From the NCBI RefSeq assembly GCF_051252315.1, contig NZ_JBPOFP010000004.1, forward strand, positions 16,712 to 80,711: 64,000 bases of DNA, given 5' to 3'. A program made the position numbers and the translations under genes. Within the stretch, counting starts at the first letter, position 1. Every line of letters starts with the position of its first letter. This DNA comes from Paraglaciecola sp. (GTDB lineage: Bacteria; Pseudomonadota; Gammaproteobacteria; Enterobacterales; Alteromonadaceae). The notes under the pieces were generated by a model that ran no database searches, was not told the origin of the DNA, and saw only the letters and a list, made by a program, of their open reading frames with translations. Positions 62,601 through 64,000 of this stretch are shown here, piece by piece.

Positions 62601-62948
62601 TTAATCAAAGTACTCATCTGTTGGATCAAATGCAGGTACGGGCATGTTCAAAATTTTCATTTTGCCCACAGCCTTGTGACGACAGCCTGGTTTAATAAAA
62701 ATACTACTCATGGCTTTTACCGGTACCTTTTCGTCATCTAACTGCATGTAGGCACCTTCTTCAGCTTCCAAGATGACGTAAATTTCAGTCATCTTTTTAT
62801 GGTAATGCAATTTTGCGTCTTCGCTAATATCCACTAAGTGCAAGGTGGCAACACTATTTTCAGGTGTGACAAAAGCGCGTTTTGAATCACCACAAGGGCA
62901 CTTAACCGCAGTTATGTCATCTAAATGTTCAATCATGTAATTTTTCAA
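62601..62948 (-). CDS. Cupin domain protein
   Basis: H.H...TE.Y.I.EG-like motif 1 (LHYHKKMTEIYVILE) and I.PG..H motif 2; N-terminal CPCG. Confidence 0.88.
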   Translation of the reverse strand: MKNYMIEHLDDITAVKCPCGDSKRAFVTPENSVATLHLVDISEDAKLHYHKKMTEIYVILEAEEGAYMQLDDEKVPVKAMSSIFIKPGCRHKAVGKMKILNMPVPAFDPTDEYFD

Positions 62949-63014
62949 AGCATTCTCTTTTTAATATCATTTACCTTGCAGATAGCTTAAACCAAATGAG
63001 TCCGGCTCATAAAC

Positions 63015-63044
63015 AAAAAACCTAGCTAAATAGCTAGGTTTTTT
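63015..63044 (-). terminator. Rho-independent terminator of the GH82 gene
   Basis: AAAAAACCTAGCTA-AA-TAGCTAGGTTTTTT. Confidence 0.85.
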
Positions 63045-63073
63045 ATTGGTTAATTAATTTTAAAACTTAAAAA

Positions 63074-64000
63074 CTAATTACTGTAATTCCAACGAGCATC
63101 CGTACATGCTGGTAACTGAACTGCGGTGCCGTAATTTGTCACTGTTGGATTTAACCTAGCTGAACTACCATCAATCACATCATGATGCGCAGCAGGGAAA
63201 CCGTTTGGCGTTAAATTATAAACATTAATATTGAAGTTATAATCAACACCCGCTTGCATGTGGTTTTCAACCGGCGCTACAGAATCACCCATGAAGATTT
63301 GTGCTCTGTTTGGCCATTGATTGCTAGCAGCAATACACAAGTTTTCTGCTGTAGGAATGTAATACAGGTTATTCAGTTTTAAGTGGGCATCAGTACCATA
63401 GTTTGCCGTTACATTGTAAATGTAAGACTCTTCAAACCAACCTGGTTTTAGATTAGTTCTTTGATGAACCGCATCTAAACACGCCTTAGTTTCATTCACT
63501 CGCGTGGCCCATTGCTGCACACCACGTTGATAAGTGGTACCCGCACAGCCTTCACCATAAGTTGAATCAACTTCTGCCATCCAAGCGTTTCTATCTACCC
63601 CAGATGGGCTAAACAACTCAACAAAACCATCGTCAACACGTACCGCAAAACTACAACTATTTGACGTCACTCCGTTGACTTGAACAGAACCATTCTCTTG
63701 GAAGTGAGGACCAAACATTACCGGCGCTAAACAATTACTGCCACGAATATCTTCAGCAAATATATTATGTATGCCGCCTTTATCTGGAGCTCCCTGACCA
63801 AATTCTTTCAATGATAAATTATCGGTCTCCATACGCAGGGTAATACCACCTTGAGAATGTAGGTTTCTAAATAAGATGTTATCCGCCATATACATTTGGA
63901 TCACACCATAACCGAACAAAGAATTAGTTTGATCGATATTTTCAACAATGCCATTAGTAGGTCCGTAGAAAACGCCATCTCGTGAGGTAGGGCCAACTAA
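63074..64000 (-). CDS. cgiA: GH82 iota-carrageenase, C-terminal part (5' end beyond the right edge)
   Basis: Frame is open to the edge (LVGPTSRDGVFYGPTNGIVENIDQTNSLFGYGVIQ...). GYG.IQ.Y.ADNILF.NL...GG.TLR.ETDN, PVMF.PHF.ENG and AVRV..GF.E.F match the GH82 catalytic region as I recall it; ETD at 63821-63829. Confidence 0.88.
   Translation of the reverse strand, partial: LVGPTSRDGVFYGPTNGIVENIDQTNSLFGYGVIQMYMADNILFRNLHSQGGITLRMETDNLSLKEFGQGAPDKGGIHNIFAEDIRGSNCLAPVMFGPHFQENGSVQVNGVTSNSCSFAVRVDDGFVELFSPSGVDRNAWMAEVDSTYGEGCAGTTYQRGVQQWATRVNETKACLDAVHQRTNLKPGWFEESYIYNVTANYGTDAHLKLNNLYYIPTAENLCIAASNQWPNRAQIFMGDSVAPVENHMQAGVDYNFNINVYNLTPNGFPAAHHDVIDGSSARLNPTVTNYGTAVQLPACTDARWNYSN

Overview
AT-rich chromosomal segment of a marine gammaproteobacterium. 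Gene content and synteny suggest Alteromonadales, Paraglaciecola/Glaciecola-like (inference). The core scaffold is the 5' part of pnp at the left edge, a fadH/enoyl-CoA hydratase/TetR module, fadR-nhaB-dsbB, ycgN-ycgM-MltB-like-ycgL-rnd-fadD-hydrolase-slp-tsaB-yoaA, efpL, and the divergent bioA/bioBFCD cluster with a BirA-type operator. Scattered through it are red-algal polysaccharide genes: a GH16 kappa-carrageenase-like enzyme, an S1 sulfatase with an extra C-terminal domain, a GH82 iota-carrageenase truncated by the right edge, and an uncharacterised lipoprotein with TSP3-like repeats and a beta-helix. The most unusual items are (i) a two-gene unit encoding a 1090-aa lipoprotein with four CxxCH heme-c motifs plus a Tat-exported DUF1501-type protein, (ii) the TSP3/beta-helix lipoprotein as a candidate new carbohydrate-active enzyme, and (iii) a 242-bp MITE-like element with 24-bp terminal inverted repeats just upstream of pnp. 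No rRNA, tRNA, CRISPR array, transposase or phage gene was seen. All family assignments come from motif recognition by eye, not from database searches.
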